A stretch of 53,874 bases of DNA from a virus (taxonomy: Duplodnaviria; Caudoviricetes): positions 1 to 53,874 of IMG/VR virus record IMGVR_UViG_3300031787_000162. One strand, given 5' to 3'. Of this stretch, positions 28,495 to 38,331 are shown piece after piece. The notes below the pieces were generated by a model that was not told where the DNA came from, did not search any database, and saw only the letters and a program-made list of their open reading frames with translations. The position numbers were made by a program, and so were the translations under genes. Position 1 is the first letter of the stretch, and each line of letters opens with the position of its first letter.

Positions 28495-29616
28495 ATGCTC
28501 TCAGGAATAAATGTGGACTTTAGTATTAAGGGCGATTACACTAAATTAAATCCGCCTATATTTTACGAAATTATGAATCTACATAATACTATTTTGATTC
28601 CTAAAAATTTGCTATCTAATTTTAATATTAATATTGGAGATCAAATTATTATTATAGACCAAACTACCCAAAAAAAATATACACAAACAGTAGTAATTAA
28701 TTGTGGAGATATAAATCTTGGATACCAAAACTATTATTATTTTTATATAGCTAATGGATTAAAGATTAAAAATGGTCACTCTTATTCTATCATACTAAAC
28801 GATATTACCATACCCTTATCTTTAACTATAAATATGCAGTCATCAGCTAAATTAATTATTGGTTTATTAATTTTATCAGATAATTATAAATATGAATTTA
28901 ATATAAAAGAAAATATTATACTTAATATTGATACAAAACAATATAAACTATCAATTATAGATATTTTAAATAAATTTAATTATTATGCAGCTAATAAAAA
29001 TACTACTATAGTAAATATTTTAGATAATAAAAATTTTAATAGTATTCAAGCTATTAATAGCGACGGTATCTATAGCAATAAGTTTATTAGGCCATTATAT
29101 AGGCAAAATTTTCCATTGGGATCTATAAGTATAGATATTGATGGTGTATCTGATAATATAGAATATCAAATATATTTAAATAATAGTGGATATTTAGTTA
29201 ATAGCAAAAAAATAACAATTCAAAATTTGCAATCGGGACAATATTCTATTAAAATAATAGATAGGAATGGACCAGTACTAATTACGAAGTTAAATAATAA
29301 TTCTTGGAATAAGGACTGTTTTGAAATTAATATTCCGCAAATTCAACCAAATATAATTGATAAATATAATATTCCCCAATTACCACAATTTTACGAAAAA
29401 ACACAACCCAAGCCAGGATTTGGCAATCTTATGATTAATTTAGATTCCACTATACCAATACAAATAACAGGACCGAATAATTTTACTTATAATTCTAACA
29501 CTGGATATGTTGTATTAAATGATATGATTTGTGGAGATTATATTATTAAGCAGCAAAATCTCACCAAGACCGCTCGCGTTCATACCAACGACACTACTTA
29601 CGTGCATAATGTATAA
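28495..29616 (+). CDS. Hypothetical Asn/Ile-rich protein with Ig/PEGA-like strands
   Basis: Very AT-rich ORF; NLQSGQYSIKI and ICGDYII resemble beta-sandwich motifs. Confidence 0.5.
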   Translation: MLSGINVDFSIKGDYTKLNPPIFYEIMNLHNTILIPKNLLSNFNINIGDQIIIIDQTTQKKYTQTVVINCGDINLGYQNYYYFYIANGLKIKNGHSYSIILNDITIPLSLTINMQSSAKLIIGLLILSDNYKYEFNIKENIILNIDTKQYKLSIIDILNKFNYYAANKNTTIVNILDNKNFNSIQAINSDGIYSNKFIRPLYRQNFPLGSISIDIDGVSDNIEYQIYLNNSGYLVNSKKITIQNLQSGQYSIKIIDRNGPVLITKLNNNSWNKDCFEINIPQIQPNIIDKYNIPQLPQFYEKTQPKPGFGNLMINLDSTIPIQITGPNNFTYNSNTGYVVLNDMICGDYIIKQQNLTKTARVHTNDTTYVHNV

Positions 29617-29618
29617 AT

Positions 29619-30791
29619 ATGTCTACATTTGAATTTCCGTTCCAAACATTTGAAACTGATCCTTGTAATACCGATCCTTGTCCTTCATCAAGCGATTGTT
29701 TTATTTGTGGCTATGATCCAAACGGATGTGGTGCTAGTGGATGTGCAGATTATTTTACTAATCAAAATATACAAACTAAATTTTTAAATTGTTTTATTTT
29801 AGGTTTTAGTAGTAAATTAGGTATTGGTGGATCAGAATCTACTGTTAATGTAGACTTACTAAGTTTTAAGGAAGAATGTGCTCCATCTGGTTGTTCGCCA
29901 TTATGTCCGCCAGGACCAAATTTATTACCTTATGATGGAAGACTAGGTTATATATATACTTTTATTATGGGTAATTTTTGTTTTCGTGGAATCTTAAGTA
30001 ATCATACTTATAGTGAAGACAATGGTGGATATAAATATAGATTAACATTGAGTGATGGTAGAAATTTATTATCTAAAATCACTATAATTCTTAATACTAT
30101 TTATGATAGACCACCATCACAACTTGAACATACAGTATTAAACACTTTATATTTCTTAGAACCATCCATTGATGATTGTGACGGTATTGAAAAATGTAAA
30201 GATTTTATGAAATCTGGGGCTAACTATAAAGGTATATTTTTAAAAAAGGCGCTAACTGAGTTAAACGGTAAACAAATACAAATTCCAATATCTAAAGTAT
30301 GCCTGAAATTAAAATTAGATAGATTAATAAATATCATACCAGATAATTATAGAACTTCTAATGATGAAATGTCACTATTAGATTTAATTGAATTAGCGTG
30401 TGAAGAAGTTGGTCATGATTTTTTTATTGATATTACTGAAGATAATGAATTGGAAATTATTCCAGTTGACTATACAAAACCAATTAATAATACTCCATTA
30501 CTAACATTTATTAATCAATTCAGTATAGACGATATTGCTATGACTAAAGAATATGGTCAGGAAATGACATATGAAAAAAATAAACGTTTAGTTTTTGGAG
30601 ATTATTTTCATTACTTAACCACAATAGACGAACCAGAACCAAGCTTTTCGCCTCCGTGTGAATATATTTCTCCAGTTTCAACTCAATGTAATATTGTGAA
30701 TCCTCCATATTCTAAATTAGTGACTAGAGATACTGATGTCCCTATTGATGCAGAATCGCCCCCATCACCAGAGTGTTCATCGACACCATAA
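29619..30791 (+). CDS. Tail hub/baseplate-like protein, Cys-rich
   Basis: Tail-tip module; SLLDLIELACEEVGHDFFI is a hub-like motif; DPC/SP-rich termini. Confidence 0.5.
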   Translation: MSTFEFPFQTFETDPCNTDPCPSSSDCFICGYDPNGCGASGCADYFTNQNIQTKFLNCFILGFSSKLGIGGSESTVNVDLLSFKEECAPSGCSPLCPPGPNLLPYDGRLGYIYTFIMGNFCFRGILSNHTYSEDNGGYKYRLTLSDGRNLLSKITIILNTIYDRPPSQLEHTVLNTLYFLEPSIDDCDGIEKCKDFMKSGANYKGIFLKKALTELNGKQIQIPISKVCLKLKLDRLINIIPDNYRTSNDEMSLLDLIELACEEVGHDFFIDITEDNELEIIPVDYTKPINNTPLLTFINQFSIDDIAMTKEYGQEMTYEKNKRLVFGDYFHYLTTIDEPEPSFSPPCEYISPVSTQCNIVNPPYSKLVTRDTDVPIDAESPPSPECSSTP

Positions 30792-30805
30792 AGCAGGAAA
30801 TTATT

Positions 30806-33800
30806 ATGTCAGATTGTAATTGCGATCCATTACCGTTACCGTCTTGTAATCCAATACCATCACCTTCACCAGAATGTGGTCGTATAAGAATGTTTTTTGG
30901 TTATGAAGAATCGCCAGGAGCTATAGCTCCAGGACAATTAGATAAATTATTTTACACTTCAACAGTAGACAAGGATTTTATCCAAAAAGGATTCACAATA
31001 CCTCAGTTCTCGTGCTCTATACTTAAAAAGTCAAATATTTTAAAGAATCTAACAGAATTTACATTATCTGAAGCTGAATTATTGAGTACAGGTTCTTTTG
31101 AGTCATGGATATTATTTGGTAGTTATTATATAACAGCTTCTGATGGCGTTTTAAGTCAAAATCCGGCACCATTCTCTATAGAATGTATGAGAGACGCGGC
31201 TATAAATATAGATATGGCTAAATTTAAGCAAGAAGCAGCAAAAATGTGGGTATCGTTTAATAGATATGCAGATACTCAATCTATTTATAGCGTTTTGAAA
31301 ACTATATTTGGTGGAGATGATGCTGAACCCAAATTAACAAATGTAACCATTACTGAATGCGATGCTGTTAAACTAAATCAAAGAATAGAAAAATTAAGAG
31401 TATGTTATGAGTGGATTAAAAATATTCATGATACTTATTATGGTCGTGAATTTTTAGTCAAAATAGCGGATCCTAAAGGTAGTGATCCGAATTCAACTTT
31501 TCCAGGTATCTGTATTAAAAATGAGCAAGGAGATAATCCACAATTTAATATTAACGACCCTAAAGCATTTTATATAGAAGGTAACGGAGCATCTCAAGGA
31601 TTTTATACCAGTGATGAAATTGCTGATGGTGGTTTTCCAAAAAAGGGAACATCAGATATATTAGGATTAACCAATATTAATTGGGTGCAAAATAATGATG
31701 GTAAAATAGAATCATTTGTTAAAGTTGGTAAAATTAGTGGTGGTAGTGACGCATCATGTCCTGAATTAACAACTCACTATTTATATAAAAAATTTACTAC
31801 TTATGATGCTGGTAATAATACTGAGCGTTGTGTAGACTGGAATATAGATTTAACTAAATTAGATATTAGTAATTATTATATAGATAATAATTATTTATAT
31901 TTAAAAAGTAATATCGAAAACAGATTTTATGTTAATAGTGAAGGCACTTGGATTAAGATCACGCTATCTGAAAAAGTACCACTAACATCAATTGATAGTA
32001 ATGTTATTGGTGGTGTAGTTTTATTTTCTTATTTATTAAATATGACTAATCGCAATAACCATCCTGAAATAGATGGAAATCCAAAACAAAGCATAGTAAA
32101 TTATTATAATTATTTTAAAAATAATAATAATATTGTTTTAGATGGAGCTAGAGGCAATTCTTCTCAATTAAATTTAGCTAAAACTGAACCTCCATGCCTT
32201 ATACCACAAGGAGTAGTAATACCTCTTAAAAGCAATGTATATAGATATGGTCCATATTATTATGCGGGAGATCCAACTACTGAAGAAGGCGGTGGTGCCG
32301 AATTAATTATACAAGAAAATATAGCTCCTTGGAATTTTATTAAAGCTAACGACACCTCATTCCCAGGTACTTATCCATATTGTGCTATGGATAGTTTTGG
32401 TAAAAATTTAGCTAAATTAGCACCAAAAGGATTACAAAAATTAGAAAAGGGTAGAGTTACAGCAGCGGGATTACCATGTCATAAACTTGGAAAATCTGTG
32501 GATGTCGGATATGATCCCACAAAAGGTAGCGGACCAACACTTTTAACAGATATTAATGTAGACTTTGGTAGCGGTGGTTTTACAACCACATATAATTTTT
32601 CTACTTATTCTCCTAGACTTGGTAAAACAGAAAAATATTTATTAGACAATTGGCAAGACAATATCAAAAATAGTCAATACATTAATAGTTATTTAAGAAA
32701 TGAGCAAAATAAAGTACAAACTATTAAAAAAGACTATAATAAAAAACTTATAGAAAAGCAATATTATTTTACCCCATTAACTAAACATAAACATTCCACA
32801 CCCAATAGATTAATATTTTCTGGATATTATTTAATACCAGAGTCACAATTAACACCATTACCAAGTCCATCAATTTATCCTAGTCCAGAAACGTCTTTTC
32901 CTCCAGACGCATCATGCGACCCTAGCGGTGTGCCTAATTATGGTATTAATGGTAGCGTTCCACCAAATTTTGATGGTAGTGAAGATCGTCGAAGATATAT
33001 TTTTGCGGAAAGTACCGAAGCGTACTCTATAGAGTATTTACAAAATACTTATTTTCAATTAGCTGGTATGAGTATGGATGGATTTTATTCTCCTGTCTCA
33101 TTAAGAGGAGTAGGAGATAATCCTAAAGATAATAAAGAATTTAATAAAAGTTCAATAAATAAATTTACTAGTAATAGTAGTTGGAAAAATAAAGCTAGAT
33201 TACCTAGATTTGCTATGAGATGTAATTTTAATGGTAAATTTATTGAATGGGATAGTAAAACAGATATTGATGATTTTACTAATTATGACAAATCTGGCTA
33301 TCCTATAGCATCAAAAACAAGAGATGAAATACCTCCATTTAAGTTTAAAACATCATCGTCACAAGGATCAAATTGTTATTTATTACCAATTAATCAAAGA
33401 TATTTAAATCCATATACTACTAGAGCTATGCTATTTGCAGAGGATACATCTCAAGGTTATGAGCCATGGGATGCTCGCAAAAATAATACACAAAAAGGTT
33501 TTGTGATGTCTTCTATAGTATTTGGCGATACTTATGCTGAATATCAAATTACACATACAAATACATATGATGCTATACCTGGTAGTATAAATATATATGA
33601 TACAGATGAGGCTATTAGACAACAAATCAATAACTTCAGAATTCCTGCTTTAAGAGGACCTTTAGTATTACAGGGTTGGGGTTATGATACAACCGGTAAA
33701 CCAATTCCTAACAGCGCTGATGCCGCAATTAATACCGAGCTAGGCCAGTTTAGAAAAGATCAACTAACAGACAAATTTCAAACAGGCTGGCTATCAAATC

Positions 33801-36800
33801 CAAGATCATGGCCGGTTGGACCTATTGATTTAAGATTTGACAGAGAGCGTGGAGTTTGGACTTGTCCATCACCAAATAAAATTATAGTTGCTAGATTAAA
33901 AGAAAAATTAAATCCTAATGGTAAGGCCAAAGCTGAATTAATTAATCCTAAAGCTGATGATATTAATTTTTATGAAAAATATCATATCTCTGGGCCAAAT
34001 GGCGAGAATATTAAGCTTAATATGGATCAAACAGAAATCTTTGTATATGATTTCTTAGGACAAACTATAGATGCATGTACTAATATTTATGTTTATTATG
34101 ATGACAATAGATATATTGTGCTTAACTCTGTTCAAGATAGCACACCAACACCAGTTACTAATATTATTAGATTTAGAAATATTAATATTTGTAATATAGT
34201 AGATGATCAAACTGAAAAGCCAGAAGATTATTATGGTGTTGAAACATGGGGGGCACATGCTGGATATGGTGATAAATATTATAACCATCATACTTTTGGT
34301 ATAAGAATAGATTGTGATGGTAATCCAATAGATTCAGAAGGCAATTCGCCTAACGAGACGTTTACCATCGACCTTATTAAAGAAGAACCATCAAAATGGC
34401 TAATACAACTATTAGACAATGCTGGTAAATTTGGTCCTTCATTTGGTAGATTTGAGGATGAGCAACAATGGAAAAACGAAGCATCCACTGGTTATGCTGT
34501 ATATATACCTCCATCGTCTGGTAATTTAACAGAGATTGATCCAGCCGATGCTGAAGGTCGGGGTGATTTTCCTGGTATTACAAATGATCATACAATTATA
34601 ATTCCGGGTGATTATAGTATTAAATTTAATTACGAAATTATATCTAGCGCTCAAAATGGTATTGTAGATCCTCTTAGATTTCAAATTTTATGTAATGATG
34701 AGTTATTAGTAGATACTGGTTTTATAGGAGATGATCAATTTCAGAATATTTTCCCATATAACGAAAAATGGGGAGGCACAGAGACCACTGGTTGTTCCAC
34801 TTTTGATATTACATCAGATTGCTCTTCATTACAAATCAAAATTATTGGATCATCAAACTATAAATATTCATTAAGCGCTGCATCCGAATGCTCTCTTGGC
34901 CTAAAGCCACATTGCAAAATGAATAATTCATGTTCTGATATGAGTAAATATGATATACTATTTATAGAGAGCTATGCTAGATTTCTAGAAGGTTTTTTGT
35001 CAGAAGATTTATATTTACCAAGTGGTTCTCCTCCACCGTCATCAGAACAATATAAAATAGATAATCCAGATGGTAATGCAGCAATTACTGGGATAATCTG
35101 TTATGGAGATAGTCCAAATGGACAGACACCAATATATCTAGACTCTGACTACAACCGACTTTCAGTGAGAGTATTTGATCCATTTAGAGATACTCCTGAA
35201 GAACAAAATCCATTCATTAAATTAAAATCTGGAGATAAAGTTTTAACCATTTTTGATGAAAGAACTAAAAAATATCATATATGGCAATCATTAAAAAAAG
35301 AAGATAAAGTAGTTAAATTTGCTTTGATGCAAGATAAGAATATAACCGATATTACAGTATCTGGCGTATTGGTGGATCAGTGGTCCAGACCCTTAGATAG
35401 AAAAGGTAATTTAATTACAGAACAAGATAATTTTAGTGGAGCAACTATTGTAATTAGAGATCCATATGTAAGTAGATCGCAGTACGCCCCAGTACCCAAT
35501 AATGGTAGTTTGGGACCTAATTTAACAGCATTTGGTCCAGCATTAGGTTCGGATATTCTCGATGAACACTATAATGGTATTCCATTAGAATCATTAAGTG
35601 GAACTATATACGTACCACCATTCGTAGGGTTTGCACTACAAAGAATTCTACCTAATGAGGAAGATGAAGATGTAACCACTTACGAGATGTTCACACTAGA
35701 ACATTTTGCGCAATATGTTAAAGGTAAAATTTGTACTAAGACTCCTTCATTTGGTTTAAATAATGATAAATATTATTTAGGTACCAAATTACCAACTAAA
35801 GGATTAGGATATAGTGATGGTATTGTTCCAGTAGCTAGAGAAACGTCTGAATTACCAAAAGGCGATTTAATAGTAAGATATCCAATATTTTTTGGTAGCG
35901 GTCTACCACCAATAGGTGGAGATTTAGTAGTTGGAGCTACTGATAGTACTTACGAGAATATTGACGGATGTGAATTTACAGCCATGCTAGATACATATTT
36001 ATCTAGTACAACTAATTTAGTTTATAAAATCACAGAAACCGTTAAGTTTGCACCAGAAGGTAAAATAACTTTTCTAGATTATGGTGCGGCTGATGAATTA
36101 AATAGATCTGATACTACTGTACCTATGTATATTAACATTGATGGTCCTCCTAATCCCTATATGAAAGTTGAATGGTATGAAGGATTTATGTGGGATACTA
36201 GTAGAAGTTTAAGTAATCTAGAAAAAACAAAAGTATTTAATAGAGACGAATGGATGGAAAAAGGATTATTCATCCAAGGTTCATCAGTTACTGTTTATTT
36301 TAAAAATTTAGATGAGAATGGCGATCCAGAATATAGTGTAGACAATGGTGGAACTGTAGCTAGAGTTATACAAAGGGTTAATGATGCTAGCAAGCCCGGC
36401 TTATTTGGTTTTCCTGGCGGGGTACCAAGGACTGATAGAGAAATTAAAAAAGAAGATGATTTTATGCTAGGTTTACGTTTTGAGGATGAGTATCTTGATA
36501 TGGCTATTGAAAAACCTATCATTGATATGACAGACAATCAACAATGGATGACCTATCAATCAGGTATAATAACTGGTATATGGGATGAAACTTTAGATCC
36601 AGAGGTAAAAAATTGCAAATATAAGATCATATATGCACAAGAAGCTCCAGTTATAATTACTGGTCAAGCAATAGCTAAATTCTCTCCTACCCAAACATCT
36701 GCTGTTATAGCAATAAGCGCTCTGTATGCTACCTGTGATGGCAAATCAAGAGATCCTATACCTAATCTACTAACGAAAGTCAGTAATCCTATGGGTTATG

Positions 36801-36922
36801 GAGCTATGGCAGGAGACCATGTCACAATACAAAGAGTATATACTGGCGTTAATGCAAATAATGCAAATTATAATTATATTATTATAGGTACAGGAGATCC
36901 TCCAGGAGCGCTGAAATCATGA
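30806..36922 (+). CDS. Large tail-tip/central fibre protein (about 2040 aa)
   Basis: SD CAGGA favours ATG 30806; LRGPLVLQGWGYD and WPVGPIDLRFD motifs; multi-domain and beta-rich. Confidence 0.65.
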   Translation: MSDCNCDPLPLPSCNPIPSPSPECGRIRMFFGYEESPGAIAPGQLDKLFYTSTVDKDFIQKGFTIPQFSCSILKKSNILKNLTEFTLSEAELLSTGSFESWILFGSYYITASDGVLSQNPAPFSIECMRDAAINIDMAKFKQEAAKMWVSFNRYADTQSIYSVLKTIFGGDDAEPKLTNVTITECDAVKLNQRIEKLRVCYEWIKNIHDTYYGREFLVKIADPKGSDPNSTFPGICIKNEQGDNPQFNINDPKAFYIEGNGASQGFYTSDEIADGGFPKKGTSDILGLTNINWVQNNDGKIESFVKVGKISGGSDASCPELTTHYLYKKFTTYDAGNNTERCVDWNIDLTKLDISNYYIDNNYLYLKSNIENRFYVNSEGTWIKITLSEKVPLTSIDSNVIGGVVLFSYLLNMTNRNNHPEIDGNPKQSIVNYYNYFKNNNNIVLDGARGNSSQLNLAKTEPPCLIPQGVVIPLKSNVYRYGPYYYAGDPTTEEGGGAELIIQENIAPWNFIKANDTSFPGTYPYCAMDSFGKNLAKLAPKGLQKLEKGRVTAAGLPCHKLGKSVDVGYDPTKGSGPTLLTDINVDFGSGGFTTTYNFSTYSPRLGKTEKYLLDNWQDNIKNSQYINSYLRNEQNKVQTIKKDYNKKLIEKQYYFTPLTKHKHSTPNRLIFSGYYLIPESQLTPLPSPSIYPSPETSFPPDASCDPSGVPNYGINGSVPPNFDGSEDRRRYIFAESTEAYSIEYLQNTYFQLAGMSMDGFYSPVSLRGVGDNPKDNKEFNKSSINKFTSNSSWKNKARLPRFAMRCNFNGKFIEWDSKTDIDDFTNYDKSGYPIASKTRDEIPPFKFKTSSSQGSNCYLLPINQRYLNPYTTRAMLFAEDTSQGYEPWDARKNNTQKGFVMSSIVFGDTYAEYQITHTNTYDAIPGSINIYDTDEAIRQQINNFRIPALRGPLVLQGWGYDTTGKPIPNSADAAINTELGQFRKDQLTDKFQTGWLSNPRSWPVGPIDLRFDRERGVWTCPSPNKIIVARLKEKLNPNGKAKAELINPKADDINFYEKYHISGPNGENIKLNMDQTEIFVYDFLGQTIDACTNIYVYYDDNRYIVLNSVQDSTPTPVTNIIRFRNINICNIVDDQTEKPEDYYGVETWGAHAGYGDKYYNHHTFGIRIDCDGNPIDSEGNSPNETFTIDLIKEEPSKWLIQLLDNAGKFGPSFGRFEDEQQWKNEASTGYAVYIPPSSGNLTEIDPADAEGRGDFPGITNDHTIIIPGDYSIKFNYEIISSAQNGIVDPLRFQILCNDELLVDTGFIGDDQFQNIFPYNEKWGGTETTGCSTFDITSDCSSLQIKIIGSSNYKYSLSAASECSLGLKPHCKMNNSCSDMSKYDILFIESYARFLEGFLSEDLYLPSGSPPPSSEQYKIDNPDGNAAITGIICYGDSPNGQTPIYLDSDYNRLSVRVFDPFRDTPEEQNPFIKLKSGDKVLTIFDERTKKYHIWQSLKKEDKVVKFALMQDKNITDITVSGVLVDQWSRPLDRKGNLITEQDNFSGATIVIRDPYVSRSQYAPVPNNGSLGPNLTAFGPALGSDILDEHYNGIPLESLSGTIYVPPFVGFALQRILPNEEDEDVTTYEMFTLEHFAQYVKGKICTKTPSFGLNNDKYYLGTKLPTKGLGYSDGIVPVARETSELPKGDLIVRYPIFFGSGLPPIGGDLVVGATDSTYENIDGCEFTAMLDTYLSSTTNLVYKITETVKFAPEGKITFLDYGAADELNRSDTTVPMYINIDGPPNPYMKVEWYEGFMWDTSRSLSNLEKTKVFNRDEWMEKGLFIQGSSVTVYFKNLDENGDPEYSVDNGGTVARVIQRVNDASKPGLFGFPGGVPRTDREIKKEDDFMLGLRFEDEYLDMAIEKPIIDMTDNQQWMTYQSGIITGIWDETLDPEVKNCKYKIIYAQEAPVIITGQAIAKFSPTQTSAVIAISALYATCDGKSRDPIPNLLTKVSNPMGYGAMAGDHVTIQRVYTGVNANNANYNYIIIGTGDPPGALKS

Positions 36923-37254
36923 GTACAACACCAAGCTCAAGTCCATGTCCGTCTAATATATTTCCACAAACATCACCAAATTATAGATATTTTAATCAAT
37001 CTATAGAATTAATACCAGGATGGGATCCATTAAAAGATCAAGTTTTAGTTCATGCAAAAGATTCTGGCTTAGTGTGGGTAGAAGTAGTATGCCTACCAGT
37101 GGTTACATGTATTAAACTAGATGTATTAAGCGGAAAATTGATTGCAGAACGTAGGAATATAAGTATTATTACAGACTTTGATGAAATAAGTTGCAATATT
37201 AATGTAACAGAATGCTTACCAAGTCCATCACCAAGTCCATCACCAAGCCCATAA
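36919..37254 (+). CDS. Small Cys-rich protein ending in (PS)5P; paralog of the next gene's N-terminus
   Basis: PCPSNIFPQ..NYRYFNQ.IELIPGWD shared with 37278..37979; 12-nt CCAAGTCCATCA tandem repeat at the 3' end. Confidence 0.7.
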   Translation: MSTTPSSSPCPSNIFPQTSPNYRYFNQSIELIPGWDPLKDQVLVHAKDSGLVWVEVVCLPVVTCIKLDVLSGKLIAERRNISIITDFDEISCNINVTECLPSPSPSPSPSP

Positions 37255-37277
37255 CCTAGTTAATTATAATAAAAAAT

Positions 37278-37979
37278 ATGAGTACACCATGTCCATCTGG
37301 AATTTTTCCACAAATATTTCCGAATTATAGATATTTTAACCAACCTATAGAATTAGTACCAGGGTGGGATCAAGAACGAAACCAAGTTGTAGGACATGCT
37401 AAAAATTCTGGTTTACAGTGGATTGGAATTGATCAATGTATGCCAGTAGTTACCTGTTTAACTCTTGAGCCTGTAGGATTAATAGCAGAACGCAAAACAA
37501 TACCAATTTTTTCAGAACTTAATACTACAGATTGTACTATAGATACGACAGATTGTAGTTGTTGTGAATGGAATGGTATTGGAAACATATTTTTCGATAT
37601 CATATGTAATGGCCAAAAGATTTGGAAATCTATCCCCATTACTTGGACTAAGATATCTAATTATAAATGGATATATAATGGACAAGTACCAGGATGCATT
37701 AATGAAAATTTAAATTGGCAGATAACATGTAATTCAGATTTACCAGCTACTAATTGTTCATCTAAGTGGCAATCTACTGTATTCAATTTTCCATGTAGAA
37801 TTGGTCCATTTAATCCTATTATGATTACTTCATCAAATATTAATACATTTGGATTTCCACCAGAAATTATCCAGTCTATTCAATCTTTACCATATTGGCC
37901 AAATGCTTGTGCGTGTGACACGCCAGCAATATGGTATGTTAATGCACAATTAGTTCCTAATTGTGGATGTTGTCCATAA
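37278..37979 (+). CDS. Cys/Trp-rich protein, putative fibre or receptor-binding accessory
   Basis: Duplicated N-terminal domain plus a C-terminal domain with CSCC...CAC...CGCCP; last gene of the late arm. Confidence 0.65.
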   Translation: MSTPCPSGIFPQIFPNYRYFNQPIELVPGWDQERNQVVGHAKNSGLQWIGIDQCMPVVTCLTLEPVGLIAERKTIPIFSELNTTDCTIDTTDCSCCEWNGIGNIFFDIICNGQKIWKSIPITWTKISNYKWIYNGQVPGCINENLNWQITCNSDLPATNCSSKWQSTVFNFPCRIGPFNPIMITSSNINTFGFPPEIIQSIQSLPYWPNACACDTPAIWYVNAQLVPNCGCCP

Positions 37980-38005
37980 GAATAATAATTATATTTTTAA
38001 ATTAA

Positions 38006-38329
38006 TTATTTACTATCTTTAGTCCACTTATGCCAACCTTTATTGGATAAATAATTACCTTCATCATCTTTTCGTTTAGGGAATAGAGTTCCACCTTTTT
38101 TATGTTGTCCAAAAGCTAATACGGCTCCACAATCGGAACAGCGTAATTCATAATAATCATTACCATCAACATTACGCACAACAAAACGCAGATTGGTCTT
38201 ATTACAAAGACCACACTTTTCCTCAGCAAAAATTTCTTGAATTAGAGCTAATTCTTTAAATATTTCTTTTTGACCAGCACCTTCAAGTTCAAACTCTAAT
38301 TTATCTCCAACCTTATATTTGACTTTCAT
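38006..38329 (-). CDS. Zn-ribbon hypothetical protein
   Basis: CGLC...CSDC; SD GGAGA favours the start at MKVKYK (38329). Confidence 0.65.
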   Translation of the reverse strand: MKVKYKVGDKLEFELEGAGQKEIFKELALIQEIFAEEKCGLCNKTNLRFVVRNVDGNDYYELRCSDCGAVLAFGQHKKGGTLFPKRKDDEGNYLSNKGWHKWTKDSK

Positions 38330-38331
38330 AT

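Noticed and set aside
36919-37560. Diversity-generating retroelement (TR/VR pair) suggested by the duplicated segment
   Set aside because: Mismatches are not adenine-specific (C/T, T/C and C/A changes occur), both copies are N-terminal coding regions, and no reverse transcriptase is present in the window.
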